From Candidatus Delongbacteria bacterium (GTDB taxonomy: Bacteria > UBA4055): 64,000 nt of DNA. Made by a program: the position numbers and the translations under genes. Below, in pieces: positions 62,009 to 64,000 of this stretch. A model generated the notes under the pieces. It saw only the letters and a list, made by a program, of their open reading frames with translations, had not been told where the DNA came from and ran no database searches. The first letter of the stretch is position 1, and each line of letters begins with the position of its first letter. The stretch is from NCBI GenBank assembly GCA_016937995.1, contig JAFGVM010000037.1, forward strand, positions 1-64,000, written 5' to 3'.

Positions 62009-62752
62009 ATGAACAAATTATACACACTTATACTCGCAGCCGGAAAAGGCACAAGAATGAAATCGGATCTGCCGAAGGTCATACATAAGATAGACGGCAA
62101 AGAACTGGTAAAATACGTTATCGAACAGGCTAAAGATGTCGGTTCTGAAGAGATCTGGCTAATAACTGGTCATAAAGGTCATCTTGTTAAAGAAGCAACT
62201 GCCGATGATAATGTTTTTTACGTTGAACAGAAAGAACAGCTTGGTACAGGCCATGCAGTAATGCAGGCTGAAGATAAACTGCAGGGCAAGAACGGTGATG
62301 TACTGATACTATGTGGTGATGTGCCTGTGTTAAAGGGTGAAACCTTAAAAAAATTCAGAGATTTCCATTACTCATCCGGAGCATCCGCAACAGTTATGAC
62401 TACCAGATTTGAAGACCCTTTTGGATATGGAAGGATCATCACAAATAAGGAAGGTGAGATCTTAAAGATAGTTGAACAGAAGGATGCAACTGAAGAGGAA
62501 AAAAAGGTAAAGGAAATAAATTCAGGTGTTTATATCATTGATCTGAAGGATCTTTTCACCTCTCTGGACAGTATTACGTCCGACAATGCGGGAAACGAAT
62601 ATTATCTGACTGATGTTATAGCAATTTTGAAGAATAAAGGCAAAAAAGTATTAACTTATTTGATCAAGGACAATACTGAGATCCTGGGAATAAATACTAT
62701 TGAACAATTGAAAGAGGCAGAAAGTATAATTTTAGCAAGAAAACAGAATTAA
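62009..62752 (+). CDS. GlmU N-terminal (uridyltransferase) domain only
   Basis: ILAAGKGTRMKS.LPKV.H, QLGTGHAV, GYGRII, EINSG, EYYLTD; ends before the left-handed beta-helix. Confidence 0.85.
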   Translation: MNKLYTLILAAGKGTRMKSDLPKVIHKIDGKELVKYVIEQAKDVGSEEIWLITGHKGHLVKEATADDNVFYVEQKEQLGTGHAVMQAEDKLQGKNGDVLILCGDVPVLKGETLKKFRDFHYSSGASATVMTTRFEDPFGYGRIITNKEGEILKIVEQKDATEEEKKVKEINSGVYIIDLKDLFTSLDSITSDNAGNEYYLTDVIAILKNKGKKVLTYLIKDNTEILGINTIEQLKEAESIILARKQN

Positions 62753-62832
62753 TTAACGTTTTAGTAGGGTGTAAAATTTTACACCCGAAATCAAAGATTC
62801 TGGATCAAGTTCAGAATTACGGGAGTAACAAA

Positions 62833-63309
62833 ATGAAAAAAATAATATTTGTGTTAACAATGATCCTGTTCGGATTTACTTTTGCCCAGTTTAAAGCTGA
62901 TGTTGAATCCTTTGATCCTAGAATGAATTTAATAACTCCTTCATCAGGTTCGTTATTTGATATGTCGAAGATATCAGTGGATCATTCATTTTCTATGAAT
63001 TATTCAACTTTCGGAAGTAACTCGACTTTCATCAATGAATATGTTGCAGGAATAAACTACCGTATCTCCGATCCGATGAATCTCAGATTGGAAGTTGGAA
63101 TGTCATATACACCTTATTCCTCATTTACTGTTCCCGGAGAGGAAGATCCTGCACAGATATATTTAAAATCTGCAACTTTTGATTATAGACCCAACAATCA
63201 GTTCCATTTACAGATCGGATACAAAACTTATAGACCGAATGATATATTATTCGAATCTCTGAACAGACCCTTCGGATCAAGTTTTTTATCACCGTCAACC
63301 GATGAATAA
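62833..63309 (+). CDS. Secreted or outer-membrane hypothetical protein
   Basis: Signal peptide, beta-strand-rich, GGGAG RBS. Confidence 0.6.
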   Translation: MKKIIFVLTMILFGFTFAQFKADVESFDPRMNLITPSSGSLFDMSKISVDHSFSMNYSTFGSNSTFINEYVAGINYRISDPMNLRLEVGMSYTPYSSFTVPGEEDPAQIYLKSATFDYRPNNQFHLQIGYKTYRPNDILFESLNRPFGSSFLSPSTDE

Positions 63310-63323
63310 ACCGGAAAAGGACT

Positions 63324-63857
63324 ATGCCAAGGATCAGAAAAACAAAAACACCTGTAACTGAAACAAAAGAGTCTAACTGGCTTCTATATATCATTGTGCT
63401 TCTGTTAATTTTTCAGACCGTTTTCCTTATCTACAAAAATTACGACTTCATTAGGTCCGGCTTTTTATCAAATGATACCGAATATATTTACGAGAATGCA
63501 GGTGTAGATGAGGATAATTCTCAGGCTGATACCAATTCGATCAAAACAACTGATTATTCAGACCTTGACAGACCTGTAAGAGTAAGTATATTGAACGGTT
63601 GCGGAAAATCGGGACTTGCGAGCGAGTGGAAAACCAGGCTCAGAAATATAAAATATGATATCAGAGAAACAGGAAATGCCGATAAGAATTATATCAATTC
63701 TATCATTTTAAGCAGAATTAAAAATATGAAACCGGCATTTGATCTGGCAAAGAAACTGGGTATTACTGACAACAACGTAATACTGCAGATAAATAAAGAT
63801 ATCGTGGATATAGACGTAACACTTATCATTGGAAAAGACTACAAAAACTTAAAATGA
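63324..63857 (+). CDS. LytR C-terminal domain membrane protein
   Basis: One TM, VRVSILNGCGKSGLA, TGNAD, DVTLIIGKDY. Confidence 0.85.
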   Translation: MPRIRKTKTPVTETKESNWLLYIIVLLLIFQTVFLIYKNYDFIRSGFLSNDTEYIYENAGVDEDNSQADTNSIKTTDYSDLDRPVRVSILNGCGKSGLASEWKTRLRNIKYDIRETGNADKNYINSIILSRIKNMKPAFDLAKKLGITDNNVILQINKDIVDIDVTLIIGKDYKNLK

Positions 63858-64000
63858 TAGAAAAATTCCATTCACTGAGAGAAAAATACCCGACTTTTAC
63901 ATTTGAAGGTTTTTCATACTCAAAACTTGATACTGAGCTTGTAATTAAATTCAGCTTTACCCAATCTGACGATATAAAATTCTCCCCTGAAATTATCGTA
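63854..64000 (+). CDS. Partial CDS, possibly MurL-like epimerase N-terminus (runs off the window)
   Basis: ATG overlapping the LytR_C stop; MIEKFHSLREKYPTFTFEGFSY..VIKFSF..FSPEII. Confidence 0.4.
   Translation, partial: MIEKFHSLREKYPTFTFEGFSYSKLDTELVIKFSFTQSDDIKFSPEIIV

Overview
AT-rich bacterial chromosomal window from a diderm organism. It encodes WaaA, a BamA/TamA-like protein, a TonB receptor and TolC; an FCB-group origin is inferred from gene content only. Most of it is housekeeping: holA, nrdR, comF, initiator tRNA-Met, lon-engB, ptrB, rsgA, trkAH, ettA, HU, mltD, phosphomannomutase, trpS, pyrK, apbE, panBC and a GlmU N-domain. It also carries two paralogous RND efflux units around an OmpR/CpxR-like two-component pair. 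The main accessory feature is a tightly packed six-gene defence operon (51982-56412, minus strand) behind a near-consensus sigma70 promoter: AAA ATPase, RloB, KTSC, Cap15-like 2TM-beta effector, CD-NTase and E2-like protein. This is a short type II CBASS joined to an AbiL/RloAB-like pair through a KTSC gene. Other notable signals: (1) three stacked leader-peptide/hairpin modules ahead of rsgA; (2) a YgiQ-family radical SAM protein that has lost all three CxxxCxxC cysteines; (3) unannotated small ORFs, namely a 54-aa orphan with a class II CRP-type promoter and a bS22-like protein; (4) RAYT and RluA gene fragments; (5) several REP-like palindrome families, including a 16-bp palindrome nested inside other repeats. 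All family calls come from motif recognition by eye, not database searches. No CRISPR array, rRNA or integrase was seen.
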